Sequence record: LT603033.1 | Direction: 5' to 3' (one strand) | DNA length: 64,000 bases | Notes under the pieces: model-generated | The model's input: only the letters and a program-made list of their open reading frames with translations | What the model was told of the DNA's origin: nothing | The model's database searches: none | Program-made: the position numbers and the translations under genes | Shown here: one piece after another, positions 1-10,445 of the stretch | Layout: every line of letters begins with the position of its first letter | Numbering within the stretch: the first letter of the stretch is position 1

Positions 1-189
1 GGAAAGTATATAGTAATATTTCTATGTATCTAAATGATGAATATCACTTTCAACAATCTACAATAGAAGAAGTATTGTTCAGTACTGAAGAATTAAAAGA
101 ACTATATTACTGGTATAATTATTTCACATCTTGACATTATTGTGGGTTTATCCTACAATACATGATGATGCTGCATTGAGGATAAATTT

Positions 190-600
190 ATGAGTTTAGA
201 TTTACACAATGAACTAAAATATTTTTTAGATTTGGACATATCAGAATTGAACCACCACGTCAATCATATGACTAGTACTGTATGGTGGTCTAATGATCAA
301 GACGACCCAATTATCCAACTAAGTGATGAATCGTCAATTATGCGATTTTATAAGATTAATTATAAAAAGAACATCAAGATCACATATGTACCATACAAAA
401 ACATACTACTAGTCGAAACACTTAATCCAAGTTCTTTATTAAAAATCACCGATTTAGATACATTACAAACAAGTGAATCTTTATTCCAACGTTCATTAGT
501 TGATGATCTTGGTGGTATTACTTTTGAAGATATATTACAATTGAAGAATATGTATAGTGAATTGTTGGAGATTAAAAACACTTTAGTAATGGGGAATTGA
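190..600 (+). CDS. FQ-motif family protein
   Basis: C-terminal TSESLFQRSLVDDLGG motif. Confidence 0.75.
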   Translation: MSLDLHNELKYFLDLDISELNHHVNHMTSTVWWSNDQDDPIIQLSDESSIMRFYKINYKKNIKITYVPYKNILLVETLNPSSLLKITDLDTLQTSESLFQRSLVDDLGGITFEDILQLKNMYSELLEIKNTLVMGN

Positions 601-601
601 T

Positions 602-1006
602 ATGGTAAGTTTACTAGATATTGATAATACCAGTTTAGTGCTGGTGAAAAAAGGTTTAATTCCAAATTCTAAAAAAATTGATTATGCTGTTATTGAAACA
701 AATATTGGAAATATCTGGTACGACTCTGAAAGGGATATTGTGTTTAGCTGTGTAGACAGTGATCGTTCTGAATGTTGTAGAGTCGGTCATGACGGACAAT
801 TTGTTTTTGAATTTCGTTATTGGAAGGACGCAAAATTTCACCAAGAACTGGTTGCTTTGTCAAATGAACTATATACAGAAGAATCGTTCTTCATGGCTAG
901 TACTATTAATGATTTTGGTTCAGTTACATTTGAGTACTATAAAAAAATATACGCACTATCCAGAGAAGTTATGAAAATTATCAGAACTGCTGAAGGTAAA
1001 GAATAA
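602..1006 (+). CDS. FQ-motif family protein
   Basis: TEESFFMASTINDFG; abuts previous ORF. Confidence 0.75.
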   Translation: MVSLLDIDNTSLVLVKKGLIPNSKKIDYAVIETNIGNIWYDSERDIVFSCVDSDRSECCRVGHDGQFVFEFRYWKDAKFHQELVALSNELYTEESFFMASTINDFGSVTFEYYKKIYALSREVMKIIRTAEGKE

Positions 1007-1007
1007 C

Positions 1008-1385
1008 ATGACTACTATATATGATATTTTGGGTGTTCTGAGTAGAAATATAGATGATGATTTTGTTATTGTTCAAGATACTAGAAATACATTTCAACTA
1101 CCAATAGGTTCACCAGATAGGTTAATTTTTAATAGATACTCAAATGAACTAACTTACATCCATGATGGGATTGCAATTGTATCAGTTTCTATAAACGACT
1201 ATACAATACGATATGTATATGACTTCAACGATTATTGTACAAGAATCCACAGTATTGATATTTCCGAAGAGGAACTATTCCAATTGTCATTGATTGAGAA
1301 AAATGTAATAGGAATTACAGAAATTGGTATTATTAAAAAAGCATTAAACTATACAAATATAAGAATTAATGGTGGGTGCAGATGA
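1008..1385 (+). CDS. FQ-motif family protein
   Basis: SEEELFQLSLIEKN; abuts previous ORF. Confidence 0.75.
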   Translation: MTTIYDILGVLSRNIDDDFVIVQDTRNTFQLPIGSPDRLIFNRYSNELTYIHDGIAIVSVSINDYTIRYVYDFNDYCTRIHSIDISEEELFQLSLIEKNVIGITEIGIIKKALNYTNIRINGGCR

Positions 1386-1837
1386 ATGTTGACGAAATAA
1401 AAAATCATTTTGAAATTGCAATGTCATGTGAATTTGACACACAACGTGTTCATGACCCGAAAGAACATATACGCATTTGTTGTGAATTGTCAGATGATTG
1501 TAATATTTTTATTGGAAAAACCTATGACATGATCGATCTTTCATGTATAGATCCATTGGAAAGAAAAACAAAATATTTATATCTGTACAACACAACATCA
1601 GATACGATTGCAATACAACTAATATCAACCACAACATCCCACAGTTATTATAACATAACTGAGGTTAGTAGTTTAACGTTAACCGAAGAAGGATTCTTTC
1701 AACAATCGCTTATTCGTGAAATTGGTGTTAGTTATGATGAGTTAAATGTATTAGTAGATTGTTTCGAAAAATTGAGTACTTTTGTATTATCCCTTTTTAA
1801 TATACAGTCGCAAAATCCAATGGTGGTGAAATGCTAA
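1382..1837 (+). CDS. FQ-motif family protein
   Basis: TEEGFFQQSLIREIG; ATG overlaps upstream stop (ATGA). Confidence 0.75.
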   Translation: MNVDEIKNHFEIAMSCEFDTQRVHDPKEHIRICCELSDDCNIFIGKTYDMIDLSCIDPLERKTKYLYLYNTTSDTIAIQLISTTTSHSYYNITEVSSLTLTEEGFFQQSLIREIGVSYDELNVLVDCFEKLSTFVLSLFNIQSQNPMVVKC

Positions 1838-2271
1838 ATCCAAGTAAATTTCTCCACTTACTTTCGATAACATCAATACCGGATCTTACCAGTGAAACTA
1901 ATGAATATCGTGAAGCTGGGGTGGTGTCTATGGAACTCGATACATTTGACCACAAATGCTATGTGACATATGACCCACCGCGTTATGGTAAAGAACATTC
2001 TTCTTTTATTTTTGTATTCGTATACACTGTATATGATAATACAACACTTGATGATGTTTGTATTGACACTTACGAAATTTGTGATAATATCATAACTGAT
2101 GACAACAATAACTCATTTGATATGTCACTATATAACACAGAAGAATCGTTGTTTCAACTTAGTACTGTTATTGATGCACCATCATTAGAAGATATAAAAC
2201 AATTTCAAGAACATCTTGACGCAGTTCGTGAGATGTTCTATAATCATTATCCAGAAGTAGAGTTCAATTAA
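1831..2271 (+). CDS. FQ-motif family protein
   Basis: TEESLFQLSTVIDAP. Confidence 0.75.
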   Translation: MLNPSKFLHLLSITSIPDLTSETNEYREAGVVSMELDTFDHKCYVTYDPPRYGKEHSSFIFVFVYTVYDNTTLDDVCIDTYEICDNIITDDNNNSFDMSLYNTEESLFQLSTVIDAPSLEDIKQFQEHLDAVREMFYNHYPEVEFN

Positions 2272-2285
2272 CTAAAGGTAATAAG

Positions 2286-2546
2286 ATGACTAAAGTAGTT
2301 CGTAAACGCCACATGATGAACATGGATGAATTTCGTACATTTGACAAATATCGTACTATGTTTCGTATGCTTTCACAGGGCCGTCCAATCGTCATTGTAA
2401 CAGAGAATTACATGTCACCTGAGATTATGTTTGGTAATTATGAAAAGGTCTTCATGTTGTACGTGAAGCGTGGATTACTTACAATCAAGACATTAGCTGA
2501 AGCAACTGATGAAGATATGGATGGTGATAATACCTTTACCATGTGA
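2286..2546 (+). CDS. hypothetical protein
   Basis: ATG ORF after AAGG RBS, co-directional. Confidence 0.7.
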   Translation: MTKVVRKRHMMNMDEFRTFDKYRTMFRMLSQGRPIVIVTENYMSPEIMFGNYEKVFMLYVKRGLLTIKTLAEATDEDMDGDNTFTM

Positions 2547-2554
2547 GGAAATAT

Positions 2555-2632
2555 ATGTCTGAAAAGCCAAAAGAACCATTAGATCGTGATGATGATTTTT
2601 ATGACGAACGATATGGAGATGATGATGAGTGA
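2555..2632 (+). CDS. acidic 25-aa micropeptide (MSEKPKEPLDRDDDFYDERYGDDDE)
   Basis: Read by hand; GAGGA RBS; stop overlaps start of next gene; below ORF-track cutoff. Confidence 0.55.
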   Translation: MSEKPKEPLDRDDDFYDERYGDDDE

Positions 2633-2876
2633 ACATAGTGCTGTGCTTAAAAAGATTTTAAAGGAACTTGATGGTGAGTTTAATGTCACAGAAGAAGAAT
2701 ATCAGCATTGGAAGAAAGGTTTTGAACAACTAACCGAGTATGATAAAGTGTTCAATATGATTGGTGTAATTAGCCAGTACTTACTTGGTGGAGGACGTGC
2801 AAGTGCTTCAATTCTGGCATCTGCAATCATCTGTACATCACGATGGTGTGATGAAAAAAGTTTGGAAGATTTCTAA
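2625..2876 (+). CDS. hypothetical protein
   Basis: Track ORF 2586..2876; start moved to ATG after GGAG. Confidence 0.65.
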   Translation: MSEHSAVLKKILKELDGEFNVTEEEYQHWKKGFEQLTEYDKVFNMIGVISQYLLGGGRASASILASAIICTSRWCDEKSLEDF

Positions 2877-2928
2877 ATAAGATGCTATAATATATTATAG
2901 TACCTTAACAATATAAAAAGGATTTTAT

Positions 2929-3789
2929 ATGAAACCTATCCGAGTACTTTCTCTTTTTAATGGAATGAGTGTGGGATATATGGCATTGCAAGATGCTGGT
3001 ATCCCAGTTGAAAAATATTATTCATCCGAAATTGATAAGTACGCAATAGCTGAATCTCAATCTAACTTTCCTGATATTATCCAATTGGGTGATGTAACTA
3101 AGTGGAGAGAATGGGATATTGAGTGGGACAAAATAGATTTATTAATGGGTGGTTTCCCATGCCAAGCCTGGTCAGTTGCAGGTAAACAGGGTGGTTTAAA
3201 TGATATACGTGGGCAGTTATTTTTAGTAATGGTTGAAATTTTTGATCATATCAAAAGTCTCAATCCTAACTTGAAATTTCTGTTTGAAAATGTTAAAATG
3301 AAGGAAGATTTCAAAGAATACATTAATAGTATTTTAGGAATCACGCCAGTACTGATAAACTCCCAGCATTATACGCCTCACTTCAGGCAGAGATATTACT
3401 GGTACAGTACTGATAAGCTTTTTATACCACCTGCATTATCCAATGCACCTAAACTTCAAGATATTATTGAAGATGGTTGGTACACTGACAGAACCGCTTC
3501 GTACTGTATAGATGCTAACTATTTTAAAGGTGGTGATTGTAACCAGTACTTTAATAAATCCAGACGACAATTGGTGTTTCGTGACCCAGTGATCAGTCGT
3601 CAATATCTATTAGAGAATGGCAAAAGAAATATTGACTATAGACACTTAAGTGTAGTAGAATGTTGTAAATTACAGGGTGTTCCTGAAGATTTCTTTAAAG
3701 TGTCTAGTAAGACACAAGCATACAAAATGCTTGGGAATGGATGGACTATGCCAGTTATATCACATTTACTAAGAGAGATATTCTTTTGA
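2929..3789 (+). CDS. DNA (cytosine-5) methyltransferase
   Basis: Motif I VLSLFNG, catalytic GGFPCQ, FENVK, RQRYYW, C-terminal KMLGNGW in canonical C5-MTase order. Confidence 0.92.
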   Translation: MKPIRVLSLFNGMSVGYMALQDAGIPVEKYYSSEIDKYAIAESQSNFPDIIQLGDVTKWREWDIEWDKIDLLMGGFPCQAWSVAGKQGGLNDIRGQLFLVMVEIFDHIKSLNPNLKFLFENVKMKEDFKEYINSILGITPVLINSQHYTPHFRQRYYWYSTDKLFIPPALSNAPKLQDIIEDGWYTDRTASYCIDANYFKGGDCNQYFNKSRRQLVFRDPVISRQYLLENGKRNIDYRHLSVVECCKLQGVPEDFFKVSSKTQAYKMLGNGWTMPVISHLLREIFF

Positions 3790-4271
3790 ACATAAACAAA
3801 TACCAAACTTATATAAAACGTACAGAAAGTTTCAAACGGCTGGCTGTAAAATCTGAATTAGAATTTAATTTGTATTATCCTAATATTGGTGATGAGGTAT
3901 TTTATTGCTCTCATTCAAAGAATGGAACTTTACTTAAATCGGGTAAAGGAACTATTGTTGATATGACCGCAAATTTCAGAGGTAAACTTAATGTAATGTA
4001 CAAAGTACAAGATTCAAGTACTGAGTGTATTCATGAAGTGATGCATAACATACCTGCATATCCAAAAGATTTTGTTCAGCTAATATCTCGAAGGGAGAAA
4101 CCTATGTTTTATTGTGGTTATGACAAATTAACCAAACAAATTATTCCTAATACTATGGGAAAATTTAAAAGTGATGTGAAATCTGAACTTGAAAAGAAAT
4201 TTGGCACGTCATGGGAAACTGAAAACGAGTTTATCGAAATTCGTTTAATTGAAATTACTATACTTGAATAA
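3741..4271 (+). CDS. hypothetical protein
   Basis: Fills gap between MTase and next gene; true start probably near TTG 3786. Confidence 0.6.
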   Translation: MDYASYITFTKRDILLNINKYQTYIKRTESFKRLAVKSELEFNLYYPNIGDEVFYCSHSKNGTLLKSGKGTIVDMTANFRGKLNVMYKVQDSSTECIHEVMHNIPAYPKDFVQLISRREKPMFYCGYDKLTKQIIPNTMGKFKSDVKSELEKKFGTSWETENEFIEIRLIEITILE

Positions 4272-4313
4272 TTACAAATCCACGCATTGCGTGGATTTTT
4301 CATAGGTGCATAT

Positions 4314-4829
4314 ATGCCAATTCCTTATGTTAAAATTATTAATAATATTCTCGATTCATGGGAAGATGTTATTACTGGTATAAAGCAACCATCACCAGTA
4401 CATGCTTTATCTGGGAAACTTCAATTCAGAATGTCAAACCAAACTGAAACATTTAATAATCATGATATTTGCATTACATTAAAAACACCTATTAGTATTG
4501 TAATTAAAAAAAATAAAGATGATGAATTGACATTATCTATTGGTCGTGATAAAATCATTTTAAGTAATTTGTCTGAAGAAGAATTCTTTCAAAGAAGTAC
4601 TATTATCGATATGAAAGATTTCACATATGAATCATTGGTTGAACTCAATACACGTTTTAACGATATTCAGGAACGATTGCGACCAATTCTTCGTATCGAA
4701 GAAGAAGCCTGGATTGAAAGTATTAGGAAGATGCAAGAAATGTTGAAAGAAAATATTAACAATCTGGGTAAAGCTACAATGGAATTTGGTAAAACTTTTA
4801 AACTGAACTTTTCAAAGGATCGTAAATGA
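4314..4829 (+). CDS. FQ-motif family protein
   Basis: SEEEFFQRSTIIDMK; ATG after AGGTG. Confidence 0.75.
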   Translation: MPIPYVKIINNILDSWEDVITGIKQPSPVHALSGKLQFRMSNQTETFNNHDICITLKTPISIVIKKNKDDELTLSIGRDKIILSNLSEEEFFQRSTIIDMKDFTYESLVELNTRFNDIQERLRPILRIEEEAWIESIRKMQEMLKENINNLGKATMEFGKTFKLNFSKDRK

Positions 4830-5281
4830 AAATTGATAATTTGATTCATGTTTTAGGATCTTTACATAAAATATTATCACATCTACATGAGATAAAGAAA
4901 CTGGGATATAACATCTCAAATTCAATTGAAACTACATTTAAATATCAATCAATTACTGGTGATGGTTATTACATAATCGAATATACCTATGAAACCGATC
5001 CAGACTTCTATCCTCTTACGTTGAGAATTTATCCAACAAATCCGAGAGGAATTCACGACATATCATCAATTTCACTTGATCCAGATGGTGAAACGAGTAT
5101 TGAATACAATAATGATTCAAAACCAGAATTTTACATTGATGATATTAAAATGATGTTCAACGATGAATATGTGTTCCAGCAAAGTACTGTGCATGATGTT
5201 GGAAGTACTAATGGACAATTTTGGAATACATGTTATTATCATATGATTGAAATTTGTAAATTACTAAAAGGCGATGATTAA
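4826..5281 (+). CDS. FQ-motif family protein
   Basis: NDEYVFQQSTVHDVG. Confidence 0.75.
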   Translation: MKIDNLIHVLGSLHKILSHLHEIKKLGYNISNSIETTFKYQSITGDGYYIIEYTYETDPDFYPLTLRIYPTNPRGIHDISSISLDPDGETSIEYNNDSKPEFYIDDIKMMFNDEYVFQQSTVHDVGSTNGQFWNTCYYHMIEICKLLKGDD

Positions 5282-5664
5282 TGAAATACAGCATTGAAGT
5301 ACATTATACTACAGGGGACACTGAAAATTGTTATGACGTTCTTAATACAATTGATATTCAATGGTCTTCTAAAGAGGAAGCAGTTGCTGCTTTACAGTGC
5401 CTAAAAGAGCATTGGGTGTTTTATATGAAGCAAGATAATTGCTATACTAAAGAACACGAAACTATCGTTGAAAATGCTAAACAAAAAGAGTGGTTTGACC
5501 CAATATCACCAGAATATTCATTCTTGGTTAAAGTTGGCGATGTGACAGTTCCATTACGAACACCGTGGAACGGCTACTTTGAAACTCTTCATAATGCACG
5601 AGTTGTCGCTGTTGATAATCCTGAGCAAATCGATTTCGATTCATTGGACTGGAAAAAACTATGA
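5281..5664 (+). CDS. hypothetical protein
   Basis: Translationally coupled ATG ORF. Confidence 0.7.
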   Translation: MKYSIEVHYTTGDTENCYDVLNTIDIQWSSKEEAVAALQCLKEHWVFYMKQDNCYTKEHETIVENAKQKEWFDPISPEYSFLVKVGDVTVPLRTPWNGYFETLHNARVVAVDNPEQIDFDSLDWKKL

Positions 5665-6104
5665 CAGTACTGCACCAATTGAAGAAGGTTAAGCATCCAG
5701 TTGTATACGAGGATTGGAAACGACAGAAGTTGATGGGTGATTTTTATTTCCCAAAATCTAAAGTTCTTGCGAATTCAAGATGTACATATGTCACACATAA
5801 TGATAAAGATACAGTATTTGTTGAAATGGGTTTCAATCCATCAAATACAATGTTCAGTACTAACCAGACATTTTACAAATTTCATATCCAAAAAGATTCA
5901 TTTTCTATCATGATTTTAAAACTTTTAGTTGAAGATCTGCTATACCGTGGTGAACGTGTTCCTTTATCATTAGTGGATATTCCTTATGATAATTTAGAGG
6001 AAATGTACTTCCAACAGTTGACAGTACAAGAAAACTTTGGTATGATAGGACTTCAAGAGTTAGAGATGATTAAGCAAATTCGTGATATCTACTTTAAGGA
6101 GTAA
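5661..6104 (+). CDS. FQ-motif family protein
   Basis: LEEMYFQQLTVQENFG. Confidence 0.72.
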   Translation: MTVLHQLKKVKHPVVYEDWKRQKLMGDFYFPKSKVLANSRCTYVTHNDKDTVFVEMGFNPSNTMFSTNQTFYKFHIQKDSFSIMILKLLVEDLLYRGERVPLSLVDIPYDNLEEMYFQQLTVQENFGMIGLQELEMIKQIRDIYFKE

Positions 6105-6106
6105 CT

Positions 6107-6250
6107 ATGCCAGTACGTAACAGTACTTCACGCTTTACGCTTCAACAGAAAGCAGATCTTTTGAATATGGCTAACAAAGATTCTAATTTTTACTATCTAG
6201 TACTCGGTGGGTCAGTAGAAAAGATTGACCTACGTGAGTGTATGAAATAA
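6107..6250 (+). CDS. 47-aa hypothetical protein
   Basis: AAGGAG RBS, ATG 6107, TAA 6248-6250; read by hand. Confidence 0.55.
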   Translation: MPVRNSTSRFTLQQKADLLNMANKDSNFYYLVLGGSVEKIDLRECMK

Positions 6251-6267
6251 CAAAAAGGGGACTAAAA

Positions 6268-6438
6268 ATGAGTCTACGTGAATCATGGGAACAATTTAAA
6301 GAAGAGATTGGTTATCGTGGTGTTAAGATTGAAAAAATCAATCGAACCGAAAGCATCAAAGCCAGTACTAATGGCACTACCTATGATCGTTATGATGAAA
6401 AGTATGGTTTGCATTCTAAACCGAAGGATACTGAATAA
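6268..6438 (+). CDS. small hypothetical protein
   Basis: ATG after AGGGG. Confidence 0.55.
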   Translation: MSLRESWEQFKEEIGYRGVKIEKINRTESIKASTNGTTYDRYDEKYGLHSKPKDTE

Positions 6439-6577
6439 TGGTATACACTAACATTTTTACTGGTATTATGCGTAAATTTATTAATGGTACTGGATACGTA
6501 TCTAATGACAACGGTAGTACATGGGTAAAAAATAATACGTCTGAATCTTTAGTAAAAAGTCTTCCGTATTATAAAGC

Positions 6578-6606
6578 TTGACACATGAAAATGGAGTATA
6601 TATAAT
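6578..6606 (+). promoter_or_regulatory. sigma70-type promoter
   Basis: TTGACA-N17-TATAAT; -10 lies inside inverted repeat GGAGTAT..ATACTCC. Confidence 0.8.
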
Positions 6607-6638
6607 ACTCCTATATTAATTAAACGAGGATATACGAA

Positions 6639-7211
6639 ATGGCTGGTGTTGATAAAATTTGTGAATTCAGTTCAGATTATGAAGGTTACGAGATGTACAA
6701 GTCCAAGCGTAATCACATTCAAGTACTGTCAAAGTACCGTAAAGAATTCCGAGGCCACAAAGCAACATTGTATGTTTTTGAGAATGGATATTCTGAAGTT
6801 TTCACAAGTGGTGGGTACAGTACAGCTAACATGGCACATATCAACCCAAACCCAACTGAAGATGATTGGAATAGTGGTAACGCTTTTCGTATTTCAATTT
6901 TGAATAAAATGAATCGTTACGACCGTTATTGTACATTCTTTGAAAATATTTCAGAATACAAGCAAGCATTAAAGAAATATAATCAACGCTTACTAATGAA
7001 TTATGATTACATTCTTCATGTGCCAACTGTTCCAGGTCAGGTTAATGGTCTGTATACGAATAGTACACATGATTTAACTGCGGTGAAGCGTCGCCTCAAA
7101 CGTATGTTGGGTTGTCGTAATTTAACAATCAAGGTTATGCGTAATGAATCAATGTATAACTTTTTAGATGTACTACACTACACATTGAAGGATAATAATG
7201 GAAACGATTAA
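6639..7211 (+). CDS. hypothetical protein
   Basis: GAGGA RBS, downstream of consensus promoter. Confidence 0.75.
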   Translation: MAGVDKICEFSSDYEGYEMYKSKRNHIQVLSKYRKEFRGHKATLYVFENGYSEVFTSGGYSTANMAHINPNPTEDDWNSGNAFRISILNKMNRYDRYCTFFENISEYKQALKKYNQRLLMNYDYILHVPTVPGQVNGLYTNSTHDLTAVKRRLKRMLGCRNLTIKVMRNESMYNFLDVLHYTLKDNNGND

Positions 7212-7395
7212 GTTTATGTTTGAGGTGTTTGTTGCATTCATCTTATGTGCTGTGTCTATTACTATTGCTTTAATCCCAGTAATCGTTTACCAAGTTAATG
7301 GTGGGACAGATCCAACAATTGATATTTTACTTCGTTGTTTCGGGTTTTTTATATGGTTGGCGATGTTTATGTACTACATGCATCTTGAGGATTGA
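7198..7395 (+). CDS. small membrane protein
   Basis: Two hydrophobic stretches. Confidence 0.65.
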   Translation: METIKFMFEVFVAFILCAVSITIALIPVIVYQVNGGTDPTIDILLRCFGFFIWLAMFMYYMHLED

Positions 7396-8228
7396 TTATG
7401 TCATTAGAAAAAATAATCATTTCTGAATTCCGAAAGTATATCATGGATTGTGATAGAGATGTACAGCGTAAGTTCAATGAGTACCTTGACAAATATCCGT
7501 ATTTGATGTTTAATCCGTTTGAAACTGATGATGATTTATATCTTGGTTTTTACATAGGATTTACTCAACGAATTCTTCATAAAGATGAAATGAAACAATC
7601 TGAGATTTGGGTAGAAACTGACTCATCCGAGTCTAATGTTTTTTATCTTTATACATATTATGCCGAAATTGTTAGAGATACGACACCTGATGGTTGTCTA
7701 TTTGTACAATCTTCTGATATTGAAAGAATATATATCGAACCTGTATCTTTAGATATGGTTGCACAGCTTCCAACTATCCAACAGTTAGGTGCAGACGAAT
7801 TAACTTATTCTGTATTTGAATATCTAGGTAGAGATGATTTAACTCAAGAAATTGATAAAATGGTTTCTAAATATACTTCATCACTTATTTCGAATGGTAA
7901 ACTTAAATTAGAATTAATTTTTGAAGATACTAGTATTAATCCAGTAAGAGGGGTTACAATTGGAAAAGTTACCATACGTGTTGTTTACGATAATGAAGTA
8001 CTAGGATATATTTCAAAACGTGGACATGATTTATGTATAATTAGTACATTCGTTATTTCTCGTAAAAAATGGAATGATTTAATGCAAAAAATCGTGGACG
8101 GCAGTAAAATTCGTGATATAATATGTAATGACATGGTAATTATGAATCCTGATGTTGACTGTGATGTATATTTTCCAGTTCCTGGATTTACACGAGAAAA
8201 CTTTAGTAAATTGAAGGATACGAAATGA
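7392..8228 (+). CDS. hypothetical protein
   Basis: 278-aa coupled ORF, no motif recognised. Confidence 0.75.
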   Translation: MIMSLEKIIISEFRKYIMDCDRDVQRKFNEYLDKYPYLMFNPFETDDDLYLGFYIGFTQRILHKDEMKQSEIWVETDSSESNVFYLYTYYAEIVRDTTPDGCLFVQSSDIERIYIEPVSLDMVAQLPTIQQLGADELTYSVFEYLGRDDLTQEIDKMVSKYTSSLISNGKLKLELIFEDTSINPVRGVTIGKVTIRVVYDNEVLGYISKRGHDLCIISTFVISRKKWNDLMQKIVDGSKIRDIICNDMVIMNPDVDCDVYFPVPGFTRENFSKLKDTK

Positions 8229-8515
8229 AAATTTTAGAAGTCTTGCTAGAAAAAGATGCATCTGGTACTCTTTATGTTGGTAATGAGTTCAGTCCAGATC
8301 CAATTGATATGTTACAGAGAATCCAAACACTGACTCAAAACATCTCGGTTAAAAAACCGTTTCAGAAAGAATTGGAAATCTTTTGTGATAAAGATATTGA
8401 ACAGCATGATAATGTGATTTCAGATATTAAAAGTCTATTGACAAAAAATGGTTATGTAGAGTATAATCCTCCTATCGTAATCGTTATTCCAGACTTCATG
8501 AAAGGAACAATCTAA
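8225..8515 (+). CDS. hypothetical protein
   Basis: Coupled ATG ORF. Confidence 0.7.
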   Translation: MKILEVLLEKDASGTLYVGNEFSPDPIDMLQRIQTLTQNISVKKPFQKELEIFCDKDIEQHDNVISDIKSLLTKNGYVEYNPPIVIVIPDFMKGTI

Positions 8516-8784
8516 TGACTAAAGACGAAATGAAATCTCGCTTAAGCGAACTGAAGAAAGAACGTAAACTAGTACGTTTAGACTGGGATATCCTTAACAG
8601 GAAAGATGAGCAATCATATGCTAACTGGAGTTCTGATAAAGTACGAAATGACCGTTCTAAAGAAGATGCAAAGCAATTCATGGCATTATCGAAGCGACTA
8701 TCATCTTTGAACAGTGAAATTACTGGCCTTCAGAAAGAGATCATTTCCATTCTTAAAGCGGAGATTGAATCACTCTATGAATAA
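8515..8784 (+). CDS. hypothetical coiled-coil protein
   Basis: Heptad-like, charged; coupled. Confidence 0.7.
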   Translation: MTKDEMKSRLSELKKERKLVRLDWDILNRKDEQSYANWSSDKVRNDRSKEDAKQFMALSKRLSSLNSEITGLQKEIISILKAEIESLYE

Positions 8785-9073
8785 ACATGAAGTAATTCAT
8801 TTTGATGATAAGATCTATATTCCAAATATTGATAGTACTGAAACATATTACCTAATCAATAAGATTATGGCTGAAACAAATACGTGTTGTCGTCAACAGC
8901 CAGAAAAATATGAGTTCAGTCAGACTATTGGTTATTACCGATATGATATGTTAGAATCATTTACAATTGATAAGTCTAAAGTTATTGACATTCTTGTACA
9001 GAATGGATATAATGAACAACGTGTAAATGATACGGATTTACCAGTTTCAAAAATTGTTCTTTCTAATAATTAA
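8777..9073 (+). CDS. hypothetical protein
   Basis: ATG after GGAG, overlaps upstream stop. Confidence 0.65.
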   Translation: MNKHEVIHFDDKIYIPNIDSTETYYLINKIMAETNTCCRQQPEKYEFSQTIGYYRYDMLESFTIDKSKVIDILVQNGYNEQRVNDTDLPVSKIVLSNN

Positions 9074-9188
9074 AAATTGGACAAGAACAGATATTGTGAT
9101 ATAATGTTTGTTATCGGCAGATATTAAAATGCAAACCATTCCTCAATGATGAGGGTTTTTCATAAAAAAGAAATAAAAGGGTATTAAA

Positions 9189-9398
9189 ATGGCTAAAGAA
9201 ACTAACGCACAAGTACTAGATATCACCGACTTCGACCGCACTGTGAACTACATTCAATTCCAGATTCATCAAGCAGAAGAAGCTCTAGCAGTATTCCACG
9301 GTACTGGTGCAAGGCCAATCCGTTTTGCTCACTTGATTGCATGGAAGAAAAGTCTTCAAGAAGAACTATCTGAACTGCGTAAAGCAAATCGTAAGTAA
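9189..9398 (+). CDS. hypothetical protein
   Basis: ATG after AAGGGG; followed by hairpin GCCTCATCA-TTTT-TGATGGGGC. Confidence 0.7.
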   Translation: MAKETNAQVLDITDFDRTVNYIQFQIHQAEEALAVFHGTGARPIRFAHLIAWKKSLQEELSELRKANRK

Positions 9399-9463
9399 TT
9401 TATCTTACCGCCTCATCATTTTTGATGGGGCATTTTAATCATATAAAGTAAGAGGATTTATAA

Positions 9464-9970
9464 ATGAGTGTTGAATATTGGTTTTTGTTTGTGTGTATTG
9501 GTACACTTGCATTAATCACCATTGGATTGATTTTCAATACCATGATTAGTGGAAGTAAGTACTTTAAGACATTCCAACTTTTAATGTCTGCTATGCCATA
9601 TAGTGCTGACGCCGAAAAAACAATTTCTCTAATTTTAGATAAGTTCGATGCAAATCTTTTGGTGGCTAAAATTTCAGCATGTGATACAAATATTTCATTC
9701 TACTCGGTAGACACGGATCTAGATGGAATTGATACACAATACTCAAATCCAGTAGTTGCTGAAATTTTCATTGGTTCAAAATATTATGCCTATGGATATG
9801 TAAGAAAATATTATTCAGAAGCAAAAGCTGAGTTGACGAAGAAGCGACCATCAATAAAAACTTTAAAACGCATCATTGCGTTGGAAAAATCACTTCGTGG
9901 TCAAACAAGCGTTAATGAGCCACCATCAGTGATTAAATCCAAAAAAAGTAATGTTGTGGAGTTGGAGTAA
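9464..9970 (+). CDS. membrane-anchored hypothetical protein
   Basis: N-terminal hydrophobic helix; GAGGA RBS. Confidence 0.7.
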   Translation: MSVEYWFLFVCIGTLALITIGLIFNTMISGSKYFKTFQLLMSAMPYSADAEKTISLILDKFDANLLVAKISACDTNISFYSVDTDLDGIDTQYSNPVVAEIFIGSKYYAYGYVRKYYSEAKAELTKKRPSIKTLKRIIALEKSLRGQTSVNEPPSVIKSKKSNVVELE

Positions 9971-10260
9971 TGGAACCAGAAAAATCAAGAAAAATTCTTA
10001 TTGATGTCCAAACTAAATTACTAGATATTATGGAAATCATCAATGAGTTACCACAGGGTTATCAGTACAAAGTTCGTGAAATGTTATCTTGTGCCGAAAC
10101 CGTTGTTTCTATGTACGATGATATTCAACATGGTATTATCCCTGATATTCTCAAAGATGACGTAAATATTAACACTGAGGTAAAAGAAACTAAATTAGAA
10201 TCAGAAACAGTATCTAATAAAAAAGTTCTAGACCTTAGTGGTATAAAAATTAATATCTAA
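9970..10260 (+). CDS. hypothetical protein
   Basis: Coupled ATG ORF. Confidence 0.65.
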   Translation: MEPEKSRKILIDVQTKLLDIMEIINELPQGYQYKVREMLSCAETVVSMYDDIQHGIIPDILKDDVNINTEVKETKLESETVSNKKVLDLSGIKINI

Positions 10261-10445
10261 AAAACATCCAATAGGAGAAGTAATGAGTAATCAAAAAATC
10301 GACTTAGTAGTAAAACTTCAAGAGATTCAAGCACTAGCTAAAGACCTTGATAACACACGTGCATCAGTAGTTGATTCACTATGTGCAACAATCCTGACTG
10401 TTTTTACAGATTACGAAAAGAAATCTGATTAAACGTTACTTTGTA

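Noticed and set aside
2929-3789. The C5 MTase as the cause of AGTACT enrichment
   Set aside because: m5C sites usually erode by deamination rather than accumulate, and nothing in the sequence reveals the target. Kept only as an open test.
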